DNA of 44,877 bases. Source: a virus. Its lineage: Duplodnaviria; Caudoviricetes. Below the pieces are notes generated by a model. That model was given only the letters and a program-made list of their open reading frames with translations. It was not told the origin of the DNA and made no database searches. The position numbers and the translations under genes were made by a program. The DNA is taken from positions 1-44,877 of IMG/VR virus record IMGVR_UViG_3300032225_002661; one strand, 5' to 3'. Positions 19,417 to 27,644 of this stretch are shown one piece after another. The first letter of the stretch is position 1, and each line of letters opens with the position of its first letter.

Positions 19417-20421
19417 TTATTTTTCACCATGAATCTTTAAAATGTCTTCAAACGATAAATCTCCTTTAAATTTTTTGGCCTCTTCAACTAAATCTACGAC
19501 TTCATCCTTGCTATCCGATATTAGCTCTTTTAATTCTTCTTTGGTCGCCCCGATGTAGGTTTTGCCTATTTGGTCTTTATCTTTTTCTTGCGCGTTTTTA
19601 AAAAAGCCTTTATTATCATACCAATCGACTAATTCATCTAAAGTTTTTATGTATTCTGGAGGATTTTTCCCAGTTTTAGTTAATATATTTTCGTAATGTT
19701 TCCCTAATGTAAATAAATCCAATTGATACCTAGTAAGCTCAATTATACTTTTACCATAATAAAAAAATGGATTAGAGGAACATAAAAAATAATAATTTAA
19801 AAAAAATGGAGAAACAGCTATTTTTCTTAAGTTTCTTTCTGATAACTCTAAGATTAAATCTCTATAAATAAAAAAATAATCCGCTAAATCATTTGCGTCA
19901 GTTTCTTCAAAATCTTCTTCATTTTTAAAAACTTTTTCTGATAATTGTTCATTACTATATAAACTTAAATACAAAATATATTCATTCGATTTTCTTTCAG
20001 CAAAACCCTCTGCAGTCAACCCTAATAACGATTTTTTTTCGGACTCAATCTCTTTTAATTCCTTGGATAAAATTTGTATTTTTTTATTAAATTCTTCTAT
20101 TTGAGATTTAATAATTAATTTGCTCTTTGTTTGATTTAGATTATTAATTTCGTCACTTAAAGATTTTATTTTTTCGTCTTTTAGTTGCGACCAATCCCCA
20201 TTCTCTTCTAAAATTTTTAATTTATTTTTGATTGGCAAAAGTCCTTCGGCCTCGGACTTTTTAAAATGTTCTATATAGATTTGATTACATTTACTAAAGT
20301 CAATCTCTTTAAGATGTTTAAAGTAAATTTTTTTATTTTTAAAATTAAAATATGTATATCCGTTTAATATATCTCTATATATTTTTCTTACGAATTGAAT
20401 TTCATTTTCGATATCATTCAC
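19417..20421 (-). CDS. Putative tail assembly chaperone (downstream, gpT-like)
   Basis: 334 aa helical/coiled-coil protein directly upstream of the tape measure; GTG start overlaps the TGA of the previous gene in the -1 frame. Confidence 0.5.
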   Translation of the reverse strand: MNDIENEIQFVRKIYRDILNGYTYFNFKNKKIYFKHLKEIDFSKCNQIYIEHFKKSEAEGLLPIKNKLKILEENGDWSQLKDEKIKSLSDEINNLNQTKSKLIIKSQIEEFNKKIQILSKELKEIESEKKSLLGLTAEGFAERKSNEYILYLSLYSNEQLSEKVFKNEEDFEETDANDLADYFFIYRDLILELSERNLRKIAVSPFFLNYYFLCSSNPFFYYGKSIIELTRYQLDLFTLGKHYENILTKTGKNPPEYIKTLDELVDWYDNKGFFKNAQEKDKDQIGKTYIGATKEELKELISDSKDEVVDLVEEAKKFKGDLSFEDILKIHGEK

Positions 20422-21218
20422 TTTTTCTCTTCGGCGGATGATTGATTATCTACAATAGGATTATAAGGGCTACTAGCTTCATAATTCTTGTCGAAAATTT
20501 CAAAATCTTCTTTATTAGCTATTCTTCCTACATACCATAAGCTTATAAAGTATGCGAATTTTTTGACCGCATTTTTGATAAACGTATCATTTCCATCTTC
20601 AATTTCATCATATTTATTTAGTCTTTCTTCGAAAGATCCTAGGCCAAATAAAGATGAAAAATCTGATTCATTTTTCATATAAGAAATATGTAGTACCCAC
20701 CACATAATAGTTTGATTCCTCGCTCTATTCTCTGCGGTTTGATCAAATAAATTAGATTGATAGAATTCAAACTCTTGCAACTCTCTTCTTACTTCTAATA
20801 AGTCATTCAGTATCAAAGTAACTTTTTCTTTTTGGACATCTTCGGGCAATTTATCTAGATTTATTTGCAGTCTTTGCAATTCGGTTTCTTTTTGAAAAAG
20901 TTGAACATATAATGTCGCATATCTTTGTTTTTCTGGTTCGCTTAAAGCTCCTCCATCATTTTGATATCTTTTTGCTAATAGGGATCTAGTTAATAACCCA
21001 CACTTAATTCCTTCTGATAATTTTACTCCATAAAATAATTCTGCTTGATCAAAGGTTTTTCTAGTCGGCTTCAATACCCTAAACAAAACGGGTTTTTTAA
21101 TAATTTCTTTTTTAAGAAATTTTATCTCTTCTCCATTTTCGTTTTTTGAGACTTCTACTTTCTCTACTTCTTCTTCTTTCGTTAAAGAAAATTCATATAA
21201 ATATTTTTCTGGCATCAT
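20418..21218 (-). CDS. Putative tail assembly chaperone (upstream, gpG-like)
   Basis: 266 aa acidic helical protein between tail tube and tape measure; ends GAG AAA AAG TGA. Confidence 0.5.
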   Translation of the reverse strand: MMPEKYLYEFSLTKEEEVEKVEVSKNENGEEIKFLKKEIIKKPVLFRVLKPTRKTFDQAELFYGVKLSEGIKCGLLTRSLLAKRYQNDGGALSEPEKQRYATLYVQLFQKETELQRLQINLDKLPEDVQKEKVTLILNDLLEVRRELQEFEFYQSNLFDQTAENRARNQTIMWWVLHISYMKNESDFSSLFGLGSFEERLNKYDEIEDGNDTFIKNAVKKFAYFISLWYVGRIANKEDFEIFDKNYEASSPYNPIVDNQSSAEEKK

Positions 21219-21487
21219 GATTGTTTTACCTCGTTAATTTTATCTTCAATAAAACATTTGGTTTTATAAAAATTAGCTTTTCCTCCTATTGTGGAAATGA
21301 AAAGCTTTCTTTTTTCCTCATCCCAAGATTTATAAATATTGATATATTTTTCATTCAAAACAGTTTTAATATCATAATTATTTAAGCCAAAATTTTGTTT
21401 TAAATTTCTTTGCACAGTTTGCAAGCTAAGATTAGCTTGTATTACATCTTTTATATTAAAATTAAATATGTTTTTATTTCTTTTCAT
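21215..21487 (-). CDS. Hypothetical protein
   Basis: 90 aa; overlaps both neighbours (ATGA coupling at 21215-21218). Confidence 0.6.
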   Translation of the reverse strand: MKRNKNIFNFNIKDVIQANLSLQTVQRNLKQNFGLNNYDIKTVLNEKYINIYKSWDEEKRKLFISTIGGKANFYKTKCFIEDKINEVKQS

Positions 21488-21773
21488 TTTTTACATTTAA
21501 ATCTAAAAATTCAAAATTTTTATCTATTTCTCTTAACGTTTCATTTCCTAAATCTAATACTCGTTTACGAAAGTAATTATACTTATTTTCATCGAAATAA
21601 TCAATACTTTTTAAAGTTTCTGTATCAATTTTTTTATTTAATTTATTCAGCATATTAATATGCTCTTCTTGAAGATCTTCTATGATATTTAAATATCTTT
21701 TATATAGCGATACAATATTCCTATGTATTTGAAATAATATATAATCTCTGATATTATTTTTTTCAGAAGTCAT
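21474..21773 (-). CDS. Hypothetical helical protein
   Basis: 99 aa; preceded by GTGTAAT and AAAGGCATAAGGC-ATG. Confidence 0.7.
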   Translation of the reverse strand: MTSEKNNIRDYILFQIHRNIVSLYKRYLNIIEDLQEEHINMLNKLNKKIDTETLKSIDYFDENKYNYFRKRVLDLGNETLREIDKNFEFLDLNVKNEKK

Positions 21774-21792
21774 GCCTTATGCCTTTATTTAT

Positions 21793-21799
21793 ATTACAC
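21793..21799 (-). promoter_or_regulatory. GTGTAAT motif, putative late promoter
   Basis: Exact motif 19 nt upstream of ATG 21773, just downstream of the tail-tube terminator. Confidence 0.65.
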
Positions 21800-21818
21800 G
21801 AAAAGATATAAGTATTCT

Positions 21819-21856
21819 AAAATAAAACGGCATATATATAAAATATATGCCGCTTT
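21819..21856 (-). terminator. Intrinsic terminator after major tail gene
   Basis: Minus strand CGGCATATAT-TTTAT-ATATATGCCG hairpin followed by TTTTATTTT. Confidence 0.75.
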
Positions 21857-21880
21857 AAATTTTAATATAAGTGATTTATA

Positions 21881-22951
21881 TTAGGCGCTTGGACCGTCAA
21901 TAAATAAACCAGCAGATGTTTCATTGGGCCCGCCAATTTGAGTGGAGAATTTTAATGAAACACTTTTATTGTCTCCGATTGCGGAACTAAATTCTTGAGA
22001 ATCTAATTTAGCTTTTTTCAGAGTATATTTCAAAGCTCTTGTTGAAGCGGAATTCGGCGCATTCAAAGTCATTGAAATTGTATAATCATTATCAGCACTC
22101 AATACATCAGCTAATGAATCAGACGTATCCGAACCAACTATAGCGTCTACAGAGATTGTCGCTGTTAAGGGGAAAGTAATTTCTCTGGTAAAGGCAAATC
22201 TACTTCCTAATTTTTGTATTGGATCTCTTTTGATATCAATACTAACAGAAGCTTTTTGCACTTTTAATTCGCTTTCTTCGATACCGATTGTGCCATTATT
22301 TAATGAAACAGTAATATCTCCTGGGCGAAGAGCACTATATCCAGATCCGCTAACTGGCGTTGGCAATACGAATCCAATTCCTAAGCTAGATCCATTTGAA
22401 GGATTAACGGCTGGATTTGTCACTCCACTAATTCCATTGACAAAGTTCATATTTAAAGCTTCGGCATTAACAGATACTTTAGGAATTTCCCCTACAGAAG
22501 TTTCAATCTGATAAGAGGTTATGGACGCGTTGCCAAGACCAATTGTTTTTCCGTCTGTTTGAGTCCATCCAGCTATGTTAGCGTCTGTTCCCTCTGGAGA
22601 GGTTACGATATAAAAATTAACTGGATCTGTATCAGCTTTACCAGTTAAAATATTCGAAAGAGCGGAAATGTTTGCAGTTCCATTAGAAAGAGCTAATCCT
22701 AAATTCTTTTCATTTTCTCCACTATTTGCATAATACGTAAAGTCTAGACTGACTTTGGGCTGTTCCAAAATTACACGATCAATAGCAGCCAAATTGCCAA
22801 ATTGATTTACGTCTTTACGAGAAATTTCGAAATTATAATTTGCGCTCTGTACTCGATTTAATTGATGATTATTAGTTGATGTTAAAGCGTTTTCGCCTGT
22901 AGGTCCCACGAAAAGCGCCTCACTTTGATAAATTACTCTTTTTCTTGCCAT
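21881..22951 (-). CDS. Major tail (tube) protein
   Basis: 356 aa, beta-rich, two-lobed tube-like pattern (RVQSANYNFEISRKDVNQFG; VQKASVSIDIKRDPIQKLG); strong SD AGGAG; own terminator; upstream of chaperones and tape measure. Confidence 0.75.
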   Translation of the reverse strand: MARKRVIYQSEALFVGPTGENALTSTNNHQLNRVQSANYNFEISRKDVNQFGNLAAIDRVILEQPKVSLDFTYYANSGENEKNLGLALSNGTANISALSNILTGKADTDPVNFYIVTSPEGTDANIAGWTQTDGKTIGLGNASITSYQIETSVGEIPKVSVNAEALNMNFVNGISGVTNPAVNPSNGSSLGIGFVLPTPVSGSGYSALRPGDITVSLNNGTIGIEESELKVQKASVSIDIKRDPIQKLGSRFAFTREITFPLTATISVDAIVGSDTSDSLADVLSADNDYTISMTLNAPNSASTRALKYTLKKAKLDSQEFSSAIGDNKSVSLKFSTQIGGPNETSAGLFIDGPSA

Positions 22952-22974
22952 AATAAAATCTCCTATATGCTATA

Positions 22975-22981
22975 ATTACAG
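22975..22981 (-). promoter_or_regulatory. CTGTAAT variant of the putative late promoter
   Basis: One mismatch to GTGTAAT, 23 nt upstream of ATG 22951. Confidence 0.55.
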
Positions 22982-23017
22982 TAATAAATTAATCATGAGA
23001 AATTATTTTTAAGTATA

Positions 23018-23857
23018 TTAACGCCTAGGATGTCTTATGTTTTCTAGAGTAAAATCTATAATACTAGAAAAAGTATTAGGATTTAATTCATTTTCGACCC
23101 GATCTATTTTAGATATATTTACCTCTGAAATATAGAAACCATTATTTCCTATGTTATTTGCGTCATATAAGCCATGATAGTTATAATAACCGCTATTAAT
23201 GCAGCCGAAAGCATCTGTTGGGAAATTATCTATTAATGGTATATATGTAGAATTAGTATCTCTTAAAATTGAATTTACAGCATCTAAATTAAAAAGATTA
23301 TCGGCTAAAACAAATGCTCTAATATTTATAGAAGTCATATCTTCTCCGCCAAAAGCAAATGGTTTATTTTTTGAATAATTATGTTTCAAGAAAATTGCAG
23401 GATAAGTTATAGAATCATTAGTAATTCCAGTTGGATTTTGAAACGTTTTAGGTCTTATTTTATATTGCGTTTCAAAAAGTATTTTTTCCTCAGTGTCAGA
23501 AGCTAAATATATATTGAAATCTTTTACTGCATAATTTCCAGATATTTGATTATAATTATTACTATCATTTACATATATCGTCGCTTTATATGGATCTATT
23601 CCGGAAAATCCATTTTCTCCTATTTCTGAATATTGTCCATTTATGTAAACGCCAGTTAATATTGACGCATTATTAATAGATGAATCTGCCACGATCTGTC
23701 TGAACGGCAAAGAGTACGTCTTTAACTTATCGAATAAGTTATTAGATTCATAAAATAAACTTCCATAATTACTAAAAGCTTCGCCTTTAGATAAAATTTT
23801 ATTATCTATCCAAAGCATCATGCTAGACATTAAAATATTATCAAGTTGAGTTTTCAT
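23018..23857 (-). CDS. Putative tail terminator / neck protein
   Basis: 279 aa directly upstream of the tail tube; YPAIFL...INIRAFVLA pattern typical of tail-terminator folds. Confidence 0.5.
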   Translation of the reverse strand: MKTQLDNILMSSMMLWIDNKILSKGEAFSNYGSLFYESNNLFDKLKTYSLPFRQIVADSSINNASILTGVYINGQYSEIGENGFSGIDPYKATIYVNDSNNYNQISGNYAVKDFNIYLASDTEEKILFETQYKIRPKTFQNPTGITNDSITYPAIFLKHNYSKNKPFAFGGEDMTSINIRAFVLADNLFNLDAVNSILRDTNSTYIPLIDNFPTDAFGCINSGYYNYHGLYDANNIGNNGFYISEVNISKIDRVENELNPNTFSSIIDFTLENIRHPRR

Positions 23858-24423
23858 TTAAAATTTCTTTTAAAATTTTTTATTATTGTAGATAAATAAT
23901 CTGTTGGTTTATAATTTAGGCTATTTATCCTGCCTTTAGTTTGTACGCCTCTACCAGATCTGCTTTTTTGGCTGAATTTATTTGATAAATAGTAACTTAA
24001 TCCAGAAATACCCCTTTCGATGGAAACTACCCAACTATTCCCATTTTCCCAAGGCATAGGAGTTGCTTTTTTTACTTTTTCTAAATCTGGGAAATTAATG
24101 ATATATTTTAATTTATTTCCCATTTTAGATTTTTTAAATGAAAAATTTTGCTCTAAAATTGATCTTAATTCTTCTATTGGATTTTGCGATTTAAGAAAAC
24201 CTATAAAACTAAATAAATTTCCTTTTCCGCCAAGAGTATTTGAAATATTATTTCCGCCTGGACCAGCTTCTAATTCTTTCGTAATTATATGATTGTCAAA
24301 TTCATTTAAAAAATTATTTTTATTTTTTGTAAATAATTTATTTACTAATTTATCTCCAGTTGATTCGACCTTTTTCGAATTAGAGGCTTTCTGTTTTATT
24401 GAATTAAAATTTATTTTACTCAT
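23854..24423 (-). CDS. Putative neck / tail completion protein
   Basis: 189 aa, very basic; position between head closure and terminator genes, as for HK97 gp10-like proteins. Confidence 0.45.
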   Translation of the reverse strand: MSKINFNSIKQKASNSKKVESTGDKLVNKLFTKNKNNFLNEFDNHIITKELEAGPGGNNISNTLGGKGNLFSFIGFLKSQNPIEELRSILEQNFSFKKSKMGNKLKYIINFPDLEKVKKATPMPWENGNSWVVSIERGISGLSYYLSNKFSQKSRSGRGVQTKGRINSLNYKPTDYLSTIIKNFKRNFK

Positions 24424-24866
24424 TATTTTGTTCTTTCTAAAAAGAAAACATAATATGTTGTATTAAAAAATTTTTTTACAGATTCGTCAGTAATAATATT
24501 AAAGAATAAACTATCAATTTCTATTTTTTCAGTTTTTGCGCCATTTAAAATATAATCTCTAGCGTCTTTTCTTACTTTAATTTTGACTATACCTTTGCTT
24601 ACGTCATAATTTAAAGTTAGAATATTTTTTAAATCTTGTTCTGTTTGATACTTTATTTTAGCTTTGAAAGTCCTTTTCTCAGGTATATACTCTATACTTT
24701 GTTGTACAGAAGAATCTTGATAACCGATTAAATGTTTATTTATGTTGTTTTTTATTATTTTTTTTGGCTCTTTATGTATTACTATATCTCTAGCGAAAGT
24801 GTCAAATAAATCCTCGATTAAAGGAGTTAAATTATTTTTTTCTGTTTCATTTAATAAACTTGCCAT
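24423..24866 (-). CDS. Putative head closure (stopper) protein
   Basis: 147 aa with N-terminal helix then beta strands; second neck gene after the capsid. Confidence 0.5.
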   Translation of the reverse strand: MASLLNETEKNNLTPLIEDLFDTFARDIVIHKEPKKIIKNNINKHLIGYQDSSVQQSIEYIPEKRTFKAKIKYQTEQDLKNILTLNYDVSKGIVKIKVRKDARDYILNGAKTEKIEIDSLFFNIITDESVKKFFNTTYYVFFLERTK

Positions 24867-24883
24867 ATTTAAAATAAATCATT

Positions 24884-25405
24884 TTAAGATGATCCCTCTA
24901 CTGTTCTTATAGAATTCCCATAAACACTGGGAGAGTAACCGCCTTTTATTGTATCATCTCCTGCGACTTGAATTGGTCTTGATTCATTCAAATTGTAATT
25001 TTTAGTTAACGTCATAAGCTCTTCATTAATTTGTTTTCTTAATTGAGAATAGTTTTTTGCTATTTCATTTTTATTTATTTTTACGACAGTACTTCCGTCA
25101 TCAGTAACGCTTACTACGCTATCAACACTAGCTGACCCTAGCGCATTTCTAAAAAGTCTTTCATAATAATGTATCATGTATACCATTTTAAAAATACTTT
25201 TTTCTAGAAAACCAAATTTTTCACTCGAATCCAAAGAAGCTATTTCAGATGTGGAATCATTAACTGTAAAATTTTTATTAATTAAAATATTTAAATCTCC
25301 AATATTAGCTTTTAGCCAATATGAAATAGCTGCGGGGCTAATGTCTGCTGGTTGGTTTAACTCAATAAATATTTCTGTTGCGATATCTGTTGTGAGAATT
25401 GCCAT
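24884..25405 (-). CDS. Putative head-tail adaptor
   Basis: 173 aa helical protein with a beta hairpin (VVSVTDDGSTVVKIN), typical of adaptor folds; first neck gene. Confidence 0.55.
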   Translation of the reverse strand: MAILTTDIATEIFIELNQPADISPAAISYWLKANIGDLNILINKNFTVNDSTSEIASLDSSEKFGFLEKSIFKMVYMIHYYERLFRNALGSASVDSVVSVTDDGSTVVKINKNEIAKNYSQLRKQINEELMTLTKNYNLNESRPIQVAGDDTIKGGYSPSVYGNSIRTVEGSS

Positions 25406-25412
25406 AATAGTT

Positions 25413-25419
25413 ATTACAC
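25413..25419 (-). promoter_or_regulatory. GTGTAAT motif, putative late promoter (leaderless mRNA)
   Basis: Exact motif only 7 nt before ATG 25405; no SD. Confidence 0.65.
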
Positions 25420-25439
25420 TATTATTTTAAATTTTAAAT

Positions 25440-25775
25440 TTATTTTCCTTCTGCGAGAATGTCTTTAGCTTCTTTTGATATTTTTTCTTCTTTTTCTTCT
25501 AAAGAACTTTTTGCAGTATAACCAGAAACGTGTTTAATAAATTCTCTTTCTAGTCTTTCTTTCAAAGTAGAAAGATTATCAACAGGTATTAATCCTATTT
25601 TACTTGCGTGAGATTGTAAGTCACTTTTATTTAGATCATTTAAATAATTTTTATAATCTTCTAAATTTAAAGTTCCGTACTTAGAAATACCAGTATCTCC
25701 CCATATTTGGTCTAATGAATTTGGTGCTTCCACTTTGCCGTGAGTTTGACTATTTTTATTTAATTTTTTTGGCAT
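25440..25775 (-). CDS. Hypothetical protein with Rho-N/HeH-like helical motif
   Basis: 111 aa; LNDLNKSDLQSHASKIGL resembles Rho-N-like helix-extension-helix motifs often found after capsid genes. Confidence 0.55.
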   Translation of the reverse strand: MPKKLNKNSQTHGKVEAPNSLDQIWGDTGISKYGTLNLEDYKNYLNDLNKSDLQSHASKIGLIPVDNLSTLKERLEREFIKHVSGYTAKSSLEEKEEKISKEAKDILAEGK

Positions 25776-25795
25776 ATTTTTACCTTTATATATAT

Positions 25796-25801
25796 ATTAT
25801 A
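25796..25801 (-). promoter_or_regulatory. TATAAT -10-like element
   Basis: TATAAT 20 nt upstream of ATG 25775 with AAGG between; the AT-rich context weakens significance. Confidence 0.35.
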
Positions 25802-25822
25802 TATAATAAAAATGATTTATCC

Positions 25823-25859
25823 AAAAAAAAGTCCGAAGGCTATTAACCTTCGGACTTTT
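25823..25859 (-). terminator. Intrinsic terminator after major capsid gene
   Basis: AAAAGTCCGAAGG-TTAATAG-CCTTCGGAC followed by T8 on the minus strand; perfect inverted repeat. Confidence 0.9.
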
Positions 25860-25878
25860 AAAACAATTCGTTTACTAT

Positions 25879-26985
25879 TTATGAGATAGAATATGTTTTG
25901 TCTAGAATGATACCAGCTACTGCTCTACCATCAAGAGCAACTCGGCCTTCTTCTAAGGAACCATAGAAGCCAATTTTCTCGGCGCGAGTTACAAATTGAT
26001 CGTCAGGAAGAGCGGTAAATGTCGAGCCTGTTTCGCTATTTCTAGCTACTGGTCTTACGAAAGCATCTTTGGTAAGATCAAGAGCGACAAGCACTTCGTC
26101 TTCTGCGCCATTAAATTGATCGTTGTTGCTGGCGGCGAATAAACTCTTAAATAGAGTATTATATTTGCCACCGACACCGAATTCAACCATTTCATGGATT
26201 GTAATGCCAAAGATTTCTTGGGCACCAGCTGCACGATAAATATCTTCTCTAACGCTGTCTGGAGCAGTTTCTGCGGCATTAGAACCGATTGGGTTATAAG
26301 CAAAACCACGAATATCACCTTTGACTTCAGGGCTTACAAATAGATCAGTTACGCCATAAGAGGAATTTGTGCTTCCACCAGCATAAGAGGTATTAATTCT
26401 TTTTACTTTAGTTAGTAGAGCGTTTAAATGAGCTAAACGCAAATCTTTTCTAGGGCTAGAGCCCGCTCCGCCAGTTGGTCTGACAATATGGTTTTGGCCA
26501 TTTGTGGATGCGGTGGCTAAAGCTTTTAGAATGACCGCCCAAGCATTACGCTCTTGTTTGACAAGAACTTCATTGCTCATGCGCTCAATGGCTTTGCTAA
26601 CTACATCTAGACGACCACGGCGAGCGTATCTTTTCAAGAAAGATACAGCGCTGTCTAGTCTATATGTTGAAACTTTCATTTCAGAGAAGCCTTCAACAAC
26701 TGAAGTTGGCAAACCGCCAGCTACATTTTGACTCCAGACATTAACATAACCTTCTTTTTCGTTATGCCATAGATCTAGAGGGATCGAAGGACTATCGTCT
26801 TCATCGAAAGGAAGATCGCTGTAGACCATGCTGGCCGAGCCAGATTCTAAAAGAACCTTATTGACTACTGGACCAATGAAGCTAGCAAAAGCTTCAGATG
26901 CTTCTCTGGCTACAGAAGCGTCTCTGCTTCCCATAGCTTTGATAAGCTCTACTTGTTCGGGTGTTTCTTTTAATTTTAATTTCAT
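25879..26985 (-). CDS. Major capsid protein (HK97-like fold inferred)
   Basis: 368 aa after protease-scaffold and decoration genes; strong SD AAGGAG; strong terminator; LFVSPE, IFGITI and IGFYGSLEEG segments fit HK97-fold A/P-domain patterns. Confidence 0.85.
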   Translation of the reverse strand: MKLKLKETPEQVELIKAMGSRDASVAREASEAFASFIGPVVNKVLLESGSASMVYSDLPFDEDDSPSIPLDLWHNEKEGYVNVWSQNVAGGLPTSVVEGFSEMKVSTYRLDSAVSFLKRYARRGRLDVVSKAIERMSNEVLVKQERNAWAVILKALATASTNGQNHIVRPTGGAGSSPRKDLRLAHLNALLTKVKRINTSYAGGSTNSSYGVTDLFVSPEVKGDIRGFAYNPIGSNAAETAPDSVREDIYRAAGAQEIFGITIHEMVEFGVGGKYNTLFKSLFAASNNDQFNGAEDEVLVALDLTKDAFVRPVARNSETGSTFTALPDDQFVTRAEKIGFYGSLEEGRVALDGRAVAGIILDKTYSIS

Positions 26986-27005
26986 TTTAAATTTCTCCTT
27001 TTAAA

Positions 27006-27635
27006 TTATTCCCACTTTAGGTTAAAGTCGAACTTAACTAAAGCTACACCGTTGGATACTGTGCTAAGCAATATACCAACTTTTTGTCCTGCAGCGTTAG
27101 TTTGAAGTTTGCCGCTATTCGTGGCATATACTGCGTAACCAGCGAAGGAAGGACGAGCAACAGATTGTCCAGCCAAGGTGGGATTTGCTGCAATTTCTTC
27201 TGCTGTAGCTGGTGAAATAATATTGTCAAGAACTTCTATAGCGGCTACGCCTCTAGTAAGAACTGGAACTGGTTGACCTTTTACGACTGCATTAATTTCA
27301 GCAGCTTTGCGAGGATTGAAAATGAGTTTTTCGCCATTTTCGTCAGTTTCTCTTACGTCCATGAGTAATATTCCGAGAGGAGAACCATTGCCGTCATTTA
27401 CTTTGACGGTTGCGGAAACTCCATAACGGGAAGATACTGTATTGTTGAAAGAAAATCCTAGATCTTCTGTAACAGGAACAGAACCTTCATTTAAAACTAC
27501 TCCGTTTTCAATTTCAACCAAAGTTCCAGCTGGAATGTGACCCCAGCCCGAAACTGCGGATAAACTACCTTTGTAGCTAAAAAGATTTAGTACATCGTGT
27601 TCACTATAATCTCTGAATCCTTTTAATAGTGCCAT
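27006..27635 (-). CDS. Head decoration / cement protein
   Basis: 209 aa between scaffold and capsid; PLGILL...GQPVPVLTRG...VYATNSGKL...VGILLS pattern of beta-tulip decoration proteins; SD AAGGAG. Confidence 0.65.
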   Translation of the reverse strand: MALLKGFRDYSEHDVLNLFSYKGSLSAVSGWGHIPAGTLVEIENGVVLNEGSVPVTEDLGFSFNNTVSSRYGVSATVKVNDGNGSPLGILLMDVRETDENGEKLIFNPRKAAEINAVVKGQPVPVLTRGVAAIEVLDNIISPATAEEIAANPTLAGQSVARPSFAGYAVYATNSGKLQTNAAGQKVGILLSTVSNGVALVKFDFNLKWE

Positions 27636-27644
27636 ATTTTCTCC

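Noticed and set aside
21881-25405. Contractile tail sheath, or a bacterial CIS/tailocin locus
   Set aside because: No sheath-like gene recognised, and capsid, portal and terminase are present, so this is a phage.
9814-27229. Short alternate-frame minus ORFs (9814..10026, 11384..11608, 26055..26318, 27044..27229)
   Set aside because: Fully nested in structural genes, with no SD or promoter motif and no protein features.
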